In this document: positions 1-9,208 of the stretch, piece after piece
Layout: every line of letters starts with the position of its first letter
Numbering within the stretch: position 1 is the first letter of the stretch
DNA from: Wolbachia endosymbiont of Cimex lectularius
GTDB lineage: Bacteria > Pseudomonadota > Alphaproteobacteria > Rickettsiales > Anaplasmataceae
DNA length: 32,000 nucleotides
Direction: 5' to 3'
Assembly: GCF_000829315.1 (NCBI RefSeq)
Contig: NZ_AP013028.1
Coordinates: 690,001-722,000, forward strand
Notes under the pieces: model-generated
Database searches by the model: none
Seen by the model: only the letters and a program-made list of their open reading frames with translations
What the model was told of the DNA's origin: nothing
Translations under genes and position numbers: made by a program

Positions 1-957
1 TGATTTGCTAATAAATCCAGCAGTCCCAGGAAATGCAGCCATTGTGAGTATTGCGATCAAAGCATACATTCCTTCTACTGACATGAATTTGCTCGCTCTA
101 TTAAAATTCACCACTTTTGTCCGCAAGATAATCGAGTTGGCAACAGCGATGAGCAATAGTTGATAGGCAATGGAAAAAATTATGTTGAGAGCAAGTAGTG
201 GTACAGCATTTTCCAAGCGGCTAAGCAGACTCCCTGTCATAATTAATATGCCCATTTGCCCTACAACACTGTAGGCTAAAAACCTACGGATGTTTTGTTC
301 AAGGGAAGCAAATATAATACCATAAATAGCAGTGATAGTGCCCAGGAATGCTAATATTTCAGAATAATCTTGCCAAAGGTTGTAAGTATGCAGGAGTGCT
401 ACTAAAAAAGAAATCTTGGTAGTAAATAGGGAAAGATATGACGCACCGTGTAATGATGCAGCAGGATATGTATCAACAACCCAGAATGAAAAAGGAAAAC
501 AGGCGCAATTTATTAATAGACCTATGATTATTAGATTAGAACTTTGAATTGCTAACCCTGCTGTTAGTACAACCCCGACGAAAAAGTGTACACAAGCGTA
601 TCTTACTGCAGGGCCATTATCTTTGCTGCCAGCTGCGATAATAAAAGATGCACTGATGGCCATTAATTCACAGAATATCACAGCCAATAATATCTGCTTA
701 GATAATATTGCACACAATGAACTGATAGTATAAGCAAAAAAGGATAACATTTCCGAAAAGCTTAAATTTTTTGCTGGTAGAACAATTAGAAATGCAGCTG
801 ATAAAAAAGATATCAATAAGATGCGAAAAGATAAATCAAAATTTAGAACAGGATAAGACCAATTAAATGTGGTATCGAAATTCTCAGGTAAATTTAGTAC
901 TACAACTACTAATATAGACAGCAGAAATAACAGCGAAAATTTATAAAGTTGCACGAC
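1..957 (-). CDS. Proton-conducting membrane transporter, NuoN/MrpD (MnhD)-like subunit, 3' part outside window
   Basis: Reverse-strand frame is open from a GTG at ~957 to the window edge: VQLYKFSLLFLLSILVVVVLNLPENFDTTFNWSYP...FCELMAISASFIIAA...NLIIIGLLINCACFPFSFWVVDTYPAASLHGASYLSLFTTKISFLVALLHTYNLW... with the A-S-x-x-x-S-x-x-x-T-K signature of antiporter-like subunits. Absent from the ORF track because it has no stop in the window. Confidence 0.8.
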
Positions 958-1077
958 AATTTAAGTCAATATAGTTTATACTATCTCGATGAATAAATAA
1001 AATCAATTTGCATGTATTAACCACTAATTAAACTGATTATCATGTAATTATATCAGGGTTAGGGGGTTATAGGAAAC

Positions 1078-1110
1078 CGGTCAGATTAGGTTTTTAATCT
1101 AACCTGACCG
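1078..1110. repeat. 12-bp inverted repeat with 9-nt loop (hairpin)
   Basis: CGGTCAGATTAG / CTAACCTGACCG, one mismatch. Confidence 0.6.
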
Positions 1111-1578
1111 ATAGCTTTAATAGTGAGGTAAGCCTCAATATAACACGCTCAATTTATAGTACTACATTCGTGCATAATCTATTTGAAATTTGTGCACGGG
1201 TGTTAGTAAATTATTTACTTTTTGAAATAAAGCTCAGCATTAATTTTTTACGGTTAGCACAAAATTAGTTATTTCCTTATTTTATATTACCATACTAAAA
1301 TATCTATTATAGCATAAAGTTATTAATAATATTTGTATTTTAGCATATTAGATGAAGGTTCAGTCTGACAGTCTAGTGTCATCCAAGTAGCTGGCTGGCA
1401 TCCAAGAAATTTTGCTTATAAGCGAGCGCGCTAAGTTAGTGAACATAAAAGTAGCAAATCTTGTGTTACGCTGGCTAAGTTTTCCCACTTCATACCGCAG
1501 CAACCGCTAACGCTAGCGGAACAATGGTTTTTTGAATCAGATCTCTTGTATAGCCAATTTATGGTGAGAAAAATACAG

Positions 1579-1764
1579 ATGAGCACCGTAGAATACTTGA
1601 AGTTTGAGGAGCGCAAGCAAGTTTTGACGCAAAATCAAAAAGCAGGTTATGCAAAAGGTTTACTGTTATATAGCTTAATAATTAAATATTTCATTGACTT
1701 ATTAACTATTTTTATGTATTATTATACTATCAGTAGTTTATATCAAAACATCAATAATGAGTAG
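1579..1764 (+). CDS. Small hypothetical protein with hydrophobic C-terminal half
   Basis: Likely start MSTVEYLKFEERKQVLTQNQ inside ORF 1546..1764; overlaps the next ORF by a few nt. Confidence 0.35.
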   Translation: MSTVEYLKFEERKQVLTQNQKAGYAKGLLLYSLIIKYFIDLLTIFMYYYTISSLYQNINNE

Positions 1765-1999
1765 CTCTACATTAGAAGAAAAGAAAAATCCAGTAGTTAC
1801 ACTAAAAGCTCAGGCAGAGAAGTTTAATTTTAGTATGTTAAGAGCTGATGAAAAGAATACATTAGCGAATTCTGGTGAGACGATGTTCTTAGATTTTTAT
1901 AGAATGAATTTTGTTGTTAACAAAAAAAGTATAGATAGCACTTTAATTTTTGCTTTAACAAAAGGAGCTAAGAACCTGTTTAAAATCTTGGAAATGTGA
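1757..1999 (+). pseudogene. Small hypothetical ORF truncated by IS insertion
   Basis: Last codons (NLFKILEM) are IS end sequence. Removing the IS and one TAA target copy restores ...LTKGAKFYWPFYSTIHLYMHRC*. Confidence 0.5.
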
Positions 2000-2027
2000 G
2001 GTAAAGTAAGCATAGATTAATAATGAG

Positions 2028-2348
2028 GTGTCTATGCAGAAAAGTTATCCAAGTAATATAAGTCAAGAGCAGTTTGAAAAAATCAGGCTAATTTTGGAGA
2101 GTAGCAAGCAGAAAATAAAACCAAGAAAACTTGATTTGTATGACGTATTTTGTGGGGTGTTGTACGTCTTAAAAAGTGGTTGTCAGTGGAGGATGTTACC
2201 AAAGGGTTTTCCAAGATGGGAAAGCGTATATTACTATTTTCGAGTGTGGAGTAAAAAGAATGGAGAAGAGCCAAACTTGTTGGAATTAGTCTTAAAAAAA
2301 ATTAGTTGGAGAGGTCCGTATCAGCAATGGTCGGAAAGAGAAAACTAG
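2028..2348 (+). CDS. IS5-family transposase, N-terminal ORF (DUF4096-like)
   Basis: MSMQKSYPSNISQEQFEKIRLILESS...GCQWRMLPKGFPRWESVYYYFRVWSKKNG; GTG/ATG start region. Confidence 0.85.
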   Translation: MSMQKSYPSNISQEQFEKIRLILESSKQKIKPRKLDLYDVFCGVLYVLKSGCQWRMLPKGFPRWESVYYYFRVWSKKNGEEPNLLELVLKKISWRGPYQQWSEREN

Positions 2349-2466
2349 CTTTTGTATAATTGATTCTCAAAGCGTTAAAAACGCAGATACTGCTGAAAAA
2401 AAAGGCTATGATGCAGGTAAAAAGATTTCAGGGATAAAGCGCCATATTGCAGTTGATACACAAGGT

Positions 2467-2823
2467 TTGCCACATGCAATTTATGTAACAACGGCAGAAG
2501 CAACTGACCGTAGCAGTGCTGTGAAAATGGTCGAAAATGCTAAAGCAAACCTCTCTGAAGTTAAAAACATACTGGTTGATGCTGGCTACACAGGAGAAAA
2601 TTTTGCAACACAAATAAAAGCTATCATTGGTGCGACTGTTGAAGTAATAAAGCGAAGTGAGTTACACACTTTCGTCGTATTGCCAAAAAGATGGGTTGTT
2701 GAACGCTCTTTTGCCTGGTTAGAAAAGTGCAGGCGATTGTGGAAAAATTGCGAGCGGAAGCTCAACACTAGCTTACAGATGATAGTCCTCTCCTTCATTT
2801 CTCTCCTGTTACGAAGATTTTAA
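2467..2823 (+). CDS. IS5-family transposase, C-terminal DDE part
   Basis: Annotated ORF MPHAIYVTTAEATDRSSAVKM...VDAGYTGENFA...KRWVVERSFAWLEKCRRLWKNCE. The open frame extends upstream through IDSQSVKNADTAEKKGYDAGKK (A8 at 2396-2403). Confidence 0.85.
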   Translation: MPHAIYVTTAEATDRSSAVKMVENAKANLSEVKNILVDAGYTGENFATQIKAIIGATVEVIKRSELHTFVVLPKRWVVERSFAWLEKCRRLWKNCERKLNTSLQMIVLSFISLLLRRF

Positions 2824-3092
2824 ACAGGTTCTAAGTTCTATTGGCCGTTTTATAGTACAATTCATCTCTATATGCATAGATGTTAGTCCAAATATAGAAG
2901 TCATCAGTGTTTAGCTGAAAATGATTATCCAAGCCACTAAACTCACCTAAATTGCGTAGGAAGTTCTTGCTTTCTTCGGTGAGTAATAGGTGCGCAGAAT
3001 GATAATATTTATTGATTTTTTCACCTTTTGTTACATAGAAGTGTAGCATATTTATACCGTCAATAGATTTTTAAAGAGATGTTTTGTGAACT

Positions 3093-3278
3093 TTATTTCC
3101 CACTAGAAATTTGGGATTTGAACTCGTCCAATTCCTCAGAGAGATTTTTTACCCGCTCTTCAAGCCGATACACTGTAACAGTTAATCCGTTGTTCTGTTC
3201 AATGAGTTTTTCATGCATATGCACTCGTAGATCAAGTTTAGCAAGCCACCATATCGCCGCTACCGTCTGTATTAACAT
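3093..3278 (-). CDS. Small membrane + coiled-coil protein, possibly phage-derived
   Basis: MLIQTVAAIWWLAKLDLRVHMHEKLIEQNNGLTVTVYRLEERVKNLSEELDEFKSQISSGK: hydrophobic N-terminus then heptad-like region; lies next to phage remnants. Confidence 0.4.
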   Translation of the reverse strand: MLIQTVAAIWWLAKLDLRVHMHEKLIEQNNGLTVTVYRLEERVKNLSEELDEFKSQISSGK

Positions 3279-3392
3279 CGTTACTATTACTGCGATTGGG
3301 ATCTTTTGATTTTACATAATGATTTGAAATGTTAATTTATTATAGATAGGTATTGAAAGTTTGTACTACTGGTCGCGAGAATAATGTATGAC

Positions 3393-3920
3393 TTATTGCT
3401 CTGACTTATACTGTTTTTCTGCCTCAGCAAGTAGATCTATAATTTCTTCATAAGGCTTACCGCTATTATAAAACGACCTTTTAAATGCCCTAGCTCTTGG
3501 AGTTTGTTCTTTCCAGCCTCTAACATAAGGGTTAGCTCCTCTCTCCAGCAAAAGTTTTACAACCTCCAATTGACCACCGTCAGCAGCACCAAGTAGTGCT
3601 AAACTAGTATTTATATCTACTCCTTCATCTAACAGAAATTTGACAGCTTCTAAGCATCCTTTCTTTGCGGCATAATATAATACTTTTTTATTAATACTTA
3701 GTGCATCTCTATTCTTTTTTACTAATGATTCCATAGCTTCTAAGTCACAGTTCTTAGCTGCAGTTTTTAGTGTGGTATAAATATCATCATTAGCATCCTC
3801 TTTACCAAACAAGAAGGAATATATAACAACAACACACACTATCAATAATATCGGAAAAATTAATCCATCAAACTGACCTGTTGAACTTGCTCGAAGAGCT
3901 CTTCTCAAATTTCTGTTCAT
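3393..3920 (-). CDS. Ankyrin-repeat protein with N-terminal transmembrane segment
   Basis: ALSINKKVLYYAAKKGCLEAVKFLLDEGVDINTSLALLGAADGGQLEVVKLLLERGANPY are ankyrin repeats; LIFPILLIVCVVVIYSFLF is a TM helix. Confidence 0.85.
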   Translation of the reverse strand: MNRNLRRALRASSTGQFDGLIFPILLIVCVVVIYSFLFGKEDANDDIYTTLKTAAKNCDLEAMESLVKKNRDALSINKKVLYYAAKKGCLEAVKFLLDEGVDINTSLALLGAADGGQLEVVKLLLERGANPYVRGWKEQTPRARAFKRSFYNSGKPYEEIIDLLAEAEKQYKSEQ

Positions 3921-4024
3921 GGTACATCTTTGTTGTTCCTGCTTAACATTAGACCACCATTTGCTTAAATTTTCTTTAATCGATTCTACTTATTACCGCT
4001 TCTACCATAGTTTGGTACCCCCTA

Positions 4025-4486
4025 TTATCCAGAGTATGCTCTGCTTATCACCCACTCACCATCTATTTCTTGACAAAATCCTGATAAATTTATTTTAGCT
4101 TCCGCAAATAACTTCGGATTGCCTGGTATTGTTACGTTTAATTTTGCTTCACTTTGCTTTAATTGTCTTAATTTGGCATTCGCAGCATCAATTGCTGATT
4201 CTGCAGTAGAGTAAGGCTTCTGTATTGGGTAACTTGGTTCTTCATTTCCGACTTTTTCTTCTACGGTTTCCCCCTTTTCATAACTATGCCATTTCGCAAT
4301 TACAGATCCATACTTACTTCGCACATTAAAATTTACCTTCCAATTTATCACATCTTTAGGTGTAAGTGCTGTTGTGCCTAAAGCCTTGCCAGTTGCTGAC
4401 TTTCCTTCTCCTCTTGGAATAAAAATTATATAGCTTCCCACTGGTTTTACTAACGCTTCATACTCCTTATCTAATCTAGTGATCAA
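4025..4486 (-). pseudogene. Phage late control gene D-like protein, C-terminal fragment (WO-type prophage remnant)
   Basis: ...IPYPIQKPYSTAESAIDAANAKLRQLKQSEAKLNVTIPGNPKLFAEAKINLSGFCQEIDGEWVISRAYSG resembles the C-terminal part of P2-type gpD proteins; the N-terminal bulk is missing. (First residues of the quoted string read EEPSYPIQKP in the ORF.). Confidence 0.6.
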
Positions 4487-4631
4487 AAAACTTATGTCGC
4501 TTTTATCTGTTTGAGTAGTGTGTGGGATATATGGTTAGAACAGTAAGCATAAGAAAGCTTTTATATTATTAATTTTGTAGTAGAGTTATATGAGCATATT
4601 ATGAAAACTGATCTATTAAATCAGGAGTTTT

Positions 4632-5522
4632 ATGGATTACAGACTGAGAGCTTATTTACTTGGAGTTATCTGGTTTATACTTAGTTTACTTAGTAGTGTA
4701 GCTAATGATACTATATCAAAACATCTCGGTTTACATCTTCAAAGTTTTGAAATAATCTTTTTCCGTTTTTTATTTAGCACTATTACTCTTATACCTTTTA
4801 TATTTTACTATGGAATGGGAGCTTGTAAAACAAGTCAAATATCTATTCAAATAACTAGAGGTGCATTGTTGTTTTGTGGAATGACCTTATGGACCTATGG
4901 ATTGACTGTTTGTCCAATGGTAACTGCAACAATTATAAGCTTCTCTGTACCATTATTTGTTATACTTCTTGCAATCCTCTTGCTAGAAGAAAATATAATT
5001 TGGCAAAGATGGGTGGTAACTGTCATTGGTTTTTTTGGTATTGCTATTGCTACTAAAGCTTATAGTGAGGACTTTAATCCTAAAATTCTTATTTTTATTG
5101 CATCTGCATTAATTTTTGCTATACTAGATATACTTAATAAGAAGCTTGTAATGAAGGAGCCAGTAATAAGTATGTTATTTTACTCAGCTCTAACAACAAC
5201 TATCTTTTCTACTACACCTTTGTTGTTTTGTTGGCATATACCTTCCTTGTTAGAATTAACATTACTGCTGATTTTAGGAATTAATTCAAATCTAATTCTG
5301 TTCTTCATGTTAAAAGCTTTTGCTCTTGCTGATGCTACTGCACTTGCACCGTATAGATACATAGAGTTAATAATTTCTGCAATAGTAACATACGTTATAT
5401 TTAATGAGCTACCTGACAAAAGCGCTTTTTATGGTACTTTAATATTGATACCATCAACCTTATTTATAGCCTATTCAGAAAGTAAAGTAATTAAGAAAAA
5501 TAATCTAGCAACACTAAGATAA
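4632..5522 (+). CDS. EamA/DMT-superfamily transporter
   Basis: 296 aa, ~10 hydrophobic segments: LGVIWFILSLLSSVANDTISKHLG...FRFLFSTITLIPF...ALTYGLTVCPMVTATIISFSVPLFVILLAILLLEE type pattern of a DMT permease with two EamA halves. Confidence 0.85.
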   Translation: MDYRLRAYLLGVIWFILSLLSSVANDTISKHLGLHLQSFEIIFFRFLFSTITLIPFIFYYGMGACKTSQISIQITRGALLFCGMTLWTYGLTVCPMVTATIISFSVPLFVILLAILLLEENIIWQRWVVTVIGFFGIAIATKAYSEDFNPKILIFIASALIFAILDILNKKLVMKEPVISMLFYSALTTTIFSTTPLLFCWHIPSLLELTLLLILGINSNLILFFMLKAFALADATALAPYRYIELIISAIVTYVIFNELPDKSAFYGTLILIPSTLFIAYSESKVIKKNNLATLR

Positions 5523-5608
5523 AAGTTTATGACTCTAATTGTTAATGATGTCCTTTTTAAATGCTTAAGCAGTTGAGCTAGATTAAAATATCTTTATGTG
5601 ATAATAAA

Positions 5609-5881
5609 ATGTATATAACCATTATAGGAACAGGGTATGTAGGTTTAGTATCTGGTACAATGTTATCAGAACAGGGCCATAATGTTGATTGTATTGACAT
5701 AAATACTAAGAAGATTGAGTTGTTAAAATCAGGAAAAATTCCCATATATGAACCTGGATTAGCAAACTATTTAGAGAATAATATAAAGCTGCAAAGGATA
5801 AGATTTTTCAATTCGTATTCTCAAATAAATTCCAATACGGAAGTAGTATTTGTAACCGTAGATACTCCATCAGATTCCTTA
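5609..5881 (+). pseudogene. ugd: UDP-glucose 6-dehydrogenase, N-terminal fragment cut by IS copy 2
   Basis: MYITIIGTGYVGLVSGTMLSEQGHNVDCIDINTKKIELLKSGKIPIYEPGLANYLENN...VFVTVDTPSD; reading frame enters IS end sequence at 5882; no downstream remainder after the IS. Confidence 0.88.
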
Positions 5882-5937
5882 GAACCTGTTTAAAATCTTG
5901 GAAATGTGAGGTAAAGTAAGCATAGATTAATAATGAG

Positions 5938-6258
5938 GTGTCTATGCAGAAAAGTTATCCAAGTAATATAAGTCAAGAGCAGTTTGAAAAAATCAGGCCA
6001 ATTTTGGAGAGTAGCAAGCAGAAAACAAAACCAAGAAAACTTGATTTGTATGACGTATTTTGTGGGGTGTTGTACGTCTTAAAAAGTGGTTGTCAGTGGA
6101 GGATGTTACCAAAGGGTTTTCCAAGATGGGAAAGCGTATATTACTATTTTCGAGTGTGGAGTAAAAAGAATGGAGAAGAGCCAAGCTTGTTGGAATTAGT
6201 CTTAAAAAAAATTAGTTGGAGAGGTCCGTATCAGCAATGGTCGGAAAGAGAAAACTAG
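5938..6258 (+). CDS. IS5-family transposase, N-terminal ORF
   Basis: Near-identical to 2028..2348. Confidence 0.85.
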   Translation: MSMQKSYPSNISQEQFEKIRPILESSKQKTKPRKLDLYDVFCGVLYVLKSGCQWRMLPKGFPRWESVYYYFRVWSKKNGEEPSLLELVLKKISWRGPYQQWSEREN

Positions 6259-6269
6259 CTTTTGTATAA

Positions 6270-6734
6270 TTGATTCTCAAAGCGTTAAAAACGCAGATAC
6301 TGCTGAAAAAAAAAGACTATGATGCAGGTAAAAAGATTTCAGGGATAAAGCGCCATATTGCAGTTGATACACAAGGTTTGCCACATGCAATTTATGTAAC
6401 AACGGCAGAAGCAACTGACCGTAGCAGTGCTGTGAAAATGGTCGAAAATGCTAAAGCAAACCTCTCTGAAGTTAAAAACATACTGGTTGATGCTGGCTAC
6501 ACAGGAGAAAATTTTGCAACACAAATAAAAGCTATCATTGGTGCGACTGTTGAAGTAATAAAGCGAAGTGAGTTACACACTTTCGTCGTATTGCCAAAAA
6601 GATGGGTTGTTGAACGCTCTTTTGCCTGGTTAGAAAAGTGCAGGCGACTGTGGAAAAATTGCGAGCGGAAGCTCAACACTAGCTTACAGATGATAGTCCT
6701 CTCCTTCATTTCTCTCCTGTTACGAAGATTTTAA
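6270..6734 (+). CDS. IS5-family transposase, C-terminal ORF
   Basis: 154 aa; A9 tract at 6306-6314 puts MILKALKTQILLKKK in frame in place of the catalytic IDSQSVKNADTAEKK. Confidence 0.85.
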   Translation: MILKALKTQILLKKKDYDAGKKISGIKRHIAVDTQGLPHAIYVTTAEATDRSSAVKMVENAKANLSEVKNILVDAGYTGENFATQIKAIIGATVEVIKRSELHTFVVLPKRWVVERSFAWLEKCRRLWKNCERKLNTSLQMIVLSFISLLLRRF

Positions 6735-6744
6735 ACAGGTTCTA

Positions 6745-6860
6745 AGACAGTAAAAAACGCCAATTTAAAAGATAGATAGTGAATAACTAGCTAACTGGGT
6801 TTCTTTTGCCTTTTGTCTGTTTAGTAAATTTCTTAAACATAGAAGTTATACCAATTTCGT
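6745..6860. repeat. Partial copy of the dispersed non-coding repeat family (module B end)
   Basis: AACGCCAATTTAAAAGATAGATAGTGAATAACTAGCTAACTGGGTTTCTTTTGCC...GTAAATTTCTTAAA matches the reverse complement of 27640-27720. Confidence 0.6.
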
Positions 6861-6919
6861 TATCAAACAAGATACATAATAAATTCGCTAAATCTCTAAT
6901 CGCAAGGAAACTTTTTAAT

Positions 6920-8287
6920 TTACCATTGGGATTTGGTATCAGACGGCGATTTGGCTGATATGTCCAGTTTTAAATATCTGCCACTCATAGTAAACACTTC
7001 CGGATCTTGATAAGTTAGCTTGAGTATAGCAAGTATGTTAATAAACAGCAAAGCGGCAATCGAAATATCAGCGACATCCCATAGTAACTGGACTTTACTT
7101 ATCGCGCCAAGCGGAATGATTGCGGTAAAAATTACAATCCAGATTTTAGTGTATTTGTCATTCATAGACATATAGCGTATTGTCTGTTTTGAGCAAAAAA
7201 ACCAAGTAAAAATAGTAGTAAAGGCAAAACAAAACATTATAGCCATGATTAAGTAGTCAATATAAGGCCAATTCATAGCTTTTCTAAAAGCAAAGATGCA
7301 CATGTTAGTGCTCTCTAAATCAGTGACCCAAGAATCTGTGACAAGTAGTACCATCGTTGTAATAAATACTACGAATACAACTATGAAAGGTGATATTATT
7401 GTGATTAGGCTCTGTTCAATGATAAATTTATTGTCGTTTTTCTTAGGAACAATTGAAGAGTGCACGATGCCTTCAAGGCCAAGCCCTATATCTGTTGCAA
7501 AAATACCTCGCAGAGTTCCTACTTGAATGATAGTCAACATCTCCACAATTAAACCTAGAGATAAACCAAAGTTAAAGCTGTCAGCTGTAAAAAAGCCGCT
7601 TGTTATTAGTTTTAGAGAAGGAAGAATATTCTCACTAAACTTAAATAATATAATACCACAAAGCGTTAGGTAACTCACCGTCATTATCGGTATCATAGCT
7701 GATATGAAAATTTTAATTTTTTTTAAGCTGAGAGCTGCAACAACAAAAAATATTATGGCCATTATAATCCCACCAGTAACTACAGGCACGTCTATCATGT
7801 CAAGTGGTATTGATAGAGAGTTTACCTGAACAAGGTTACCAACGGTTATCGAGACTATCATCATAATGACTAGAAACGCAATTGTGGCTTTTCTAGAGTT
7901 AAATGCATCAGCCATGTAGGCCATAGGGCCACCTATAAACCGTCCATTCTTTTTCTTTCTGTTTTTTATACTCAGATAACAAGTGACATATTTTATTGCA
8001 GAAGTGATAACAACAATTATTGCCATCCACAAAATAGAGCCCGGTCCTCCAGTTTTTAGAGCAACAGCAGTTCCTGAAATATTCCCTACTCCTAAATTTC
8101 CCCCTAAGATTGTAAATAGTGCGGCTATAGAAGAAAATTTATTTTCCCCTCTCTTGGCTCCGATAAGTGAAAGAGCGTACGGCAATCTAAATATCTGTAG
8201 CCATTTTAGTTTAACTGATAGATAAACACCGGCGATTAGTATAAGTAATATTGTCGGTAGTAATAAAACAAACTTTACTATATCCAT
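6920..8287 (-). CDS. agcS: Alanine/glycine:cation symporter family protein
   Basis: 455 aa; FTILGGNLGVGNISGTAVALKTGGPGSILWMAI is the AGCS family signature region. Confidence 0.85.
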   Translation of the reverse strand: MDIVKFVLLLPTILLILIAGVYLSVKLKWLQIFRLPYALSLIGAKRGENKFSSIAALFTILGGNLGVGNISGTAVALKTGGPGSILWMAIIVVITSAIKYVTCYLSIKNRKKKNGRFIGGPMAYMADAFNSRKATIAFLVIMMIVSITVGNLVQVNSLSIPLDMIDVPVVTGGIIMAIIFFVVAALSLKKIKIFISAMIPIMTVSYLTLCGIILFKFSENILPSLKLITSGFFTADSFNFGLSLGLIVEMLTIIQVGTLRGIFATDIGLGLEGIVHSSIVPKKNDNKFIIEQSLITIISPFIVVFVVFITTMVLLVTDSWVTDLESTNMCIFAFRKAMNWPYIDYLIMAIMFCFAFTTIFTWFFCSKQTIRYMSMNDKYTKIWIVIFTAIIPLGAISKVQLLWDVADISIAALLFINILAILKLTYQDPEVFTMSGRYLKLDISAKSPSDTKSQW

Positions 8288-8389
8288 CTATATGTTGAAG
8301 GTAAACATTTTAACTTGAGTATACAACAAAAATTGAAAATACCTAACTTATTGTTCATGAGAAGTCACACTACAAACGCTATATAAGCT

Positions 8390-8893
8390 CTATTTTTCGT
8401 ACCACTCATTTATGAGTCTACTGACATCAGAGTCCACAAAGTTCTTCAGTGGCTGTCTGACTTTTATCTCAGCCTTTTTAGGGATGCACCTATCTTTACA
8501 TATCGCATAATTTATACGAAAGTTAAGGTCAATATACCCTCGGCTTGGAAACACGTTCATTTTGAAGGGAAATAATACCATATCCTTGTATACGTTACTG
8601 ACAAATGTCACTCTTCCTATTTTGTCTTTATGTTCTTTTGGAGTAGGCCAATAAATATCTATATTTAATGTGTTGCCCTTACAATCAAAAGAAGTGGGAA
8701 GACCAAAATCTCCAGGGTTCTTATAATATATATGCCAACCTGATCTTATTGTAACCTTTATTGCACCTTCAAGGGTAAGGTTTGCTTCATTTACCTTACC
8801 AATAAGCAAATCAAATTTTGCAACTTCTTCGTCAGCATGAAGTTGAGTGCAGAAAAAAAGCAAAAACAATATTAAATGTACATGTATTTTCAT
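8390..8893 (-). CDS. Secreted DsbD N-terminal-domain-like protein
   Basis: Signal peptide MKIHVHLILFLLFFCTQLHA; GWHIYYKNPGDFGLPTSF...INYAICKDRCIPKKAEI with paired cysteines. Confidence 0.75.
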   Translation of the reverse strand: MKIHVHLILFLLFFCTQLHADEEVAKFDLLIGKVNEANLTLEGAIKVTIRSGWHIYYKNPGDFGLPTSFDCKGNTLNIDIYWPTPKEHKDKIGRVTFVSNVYKDMVLFPFKMNVFPSRGYIDLNFRINYAICKDRCIPKKAEIKVRQPLKNFVDSDVSRLINEWYEK

Positions 8894-9208
8894 AAAGGCA
8901 GTTCTACCCTATATATAAAGGAAAAAATTTAGATTTTAGCTATTATAATAAACAATACTATATAAATTATTTATTAATATAATATTGTACTAGTGTAGAG
9001 ATACCCACCCTAGGGGGCTTCTGCGCTGCCTTTTGTTATTAGATCATCGTAGTATAAAGAAGTGAAAAGGATAAGGAAAATAAAAAGTAGTGTCTTTTTG
9101 TAAAAAGCACTACGCGTATTACCTTTAGCACACAGTAAAATTTGAGGTTTTTAAAGACTAGAAGATACCGTGGAGCAAGTGAATTTCTTGCCCCACGGTT
9201 TCATTTAC

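Larger units (their letters stand above)
1972..2831 (+). mobile_element. IS5-family insertion sequence, copy 1 (860 bp)
   Basis: Terminal inverted repeats GAACCTGTTTAAAATCTT...AAGATTTTAAACAGGTTC; flanking TAA/TAA duplications (1969-1971, 2832-2834); two transposase ORFs. Confidence 0.93.
5882..6742 (+). mobile_element. IS5-family insertion sequence, copy 2 (861 bp)
   Basis: Same terminal repeats as copy 1; flanking triplets differ (TTA left 5879-5881, TAA right 6743-6745). Confidence 0.93.

Noticed and set aside
2083-2798. Minus-strand ORFs within IS copy 1 (repeated in copies 2 and 3)
   Set aside because: Identical antisense ORFs in every IS copy reflect the transposase sequence, not separate genes.
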